The notes under the pieces are model-generated. The model was not told the origin of the DNA and searched no databases. It saw only the letters and a program-made list of their open reading frames with translations. The translations under genes were made by a program, and so were the position numbers. Below are positions 45,971 through 46,299 of a stretch of DNA of 46,299 nt, one piece after another. This DNA comes from an uncultured bacterium (GTDB taxonomy: Bacteria > Aquificota > Aquificia > Desulfurobacteriales > Desulfurobacteriaceae): positions 1 through 46,299 of the forward strand of contig CAZQLZ010000011.1 in the NCBI GenBank assembly GCA_964594265.1, read 5' to 3'. Within the stretch, counting starts at the first letter, position 1, and each line of letters begins with the position of its first letter.

Positions 45971-46299
45971 CTTTCCACCCCGAGAGCTTTCTTCTGTTCT
46001 TCAAAAAGCTGCCTTATACCGGACTCTCCTAAGGCAAGAAGTTTATCAAGGTCCTTCTTAGAGAAAGGTCTGCCTTCGGCAGTTCCCTGAATTTCAATAA
46101 ACTCTCCCTTATCGTTCATAACGATGTTCATATCCACTTCTGCTACCGAGTCCTCTTCATAGTTAAGGTCAAGCAAATACTCTCCATCCACTATACCTAC
46201 GCTTACTGCAGCAACAAAGTTCTTAACTGCAGAAAGCTTATCTATCTTTTGAAGAGCTCTGTAAAGGGCAACAAAAGCCCCAGTTATAGAGGCCGTCCT
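45967..46299 (-). CDS. rph: Ribonuclease PH, C-terminal part (begins beyond the window edge)
   Basis: Frame is open to the edge: [12 protein letters not shown]...[33 protein letters not shown]...[12 protein letters not shown]; rph-rdgB order. Confidence 0.95.
   Translation of the reverse strand, partial: RTASITGAFVALYRALQKIDKLSAVKNFVAAVSVGIVDGEYLLDLNYEEDSVAEVDMNIVMNDKGEFIEIQGTAEGRPFSKKDLDKLLALGESGIRQLFEEQKKALGVER

Overview
A gene-dense housekeeping region of a bacterial chromosome. The host is inferred to be a thermophilic diderm, probably Aquificota (Desulfurobacteriaceae-like), from a transporter closely resembling Aquifex LeuT, Glu/Lys-rich proteins, lipid A/BAM genes and hydrogenase maturation genes. 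The left edge holds the 5' part of a tnpB-only IS200/IS605-family element with its left-end hairpins and a TTTAT junction. Then come ftsZ, a long minus-strand run (yceD-rpmF-plsX-fabH-fabK-ribH-nusB-lpxI-murD-ftsW-murG-scpB-cmk-like-pncA) and a plus-strand run (SurA-like PPIase, metV-metF, uppS-cdsA, hypE-fetB-like-hypD, PilZ-HDOD protein, NifX-like protein). These are followed by an Omp85-family gene, a radical SAM gene, a LeuT-like transporter with an unannotated 32-aa partner ORF, an orphan SbcC/Rad50, phoH-pgpH-dgkA and a divergent exbB / exbD-tonB set. The right part holds a coiled-coil lipoprotein, rsfS, bamD, rng, a TIGR03960/TIGR03936-type radical SAM fusion, DUF481, lepB, hup, yggU, divIVA-like, yggT, rdgB and the end of rph. 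The most striking unexplained signal is a ~310-nt GC-rich, multi-domain RNA-like structure at about 36116-36427 on the minus strand. It has a candidate promoter, G-U pairs that point to one strand and two potential pseudoknots, and it matches no ncRNA class I recognise. All family assignments are by motif recognition; no searches were run.
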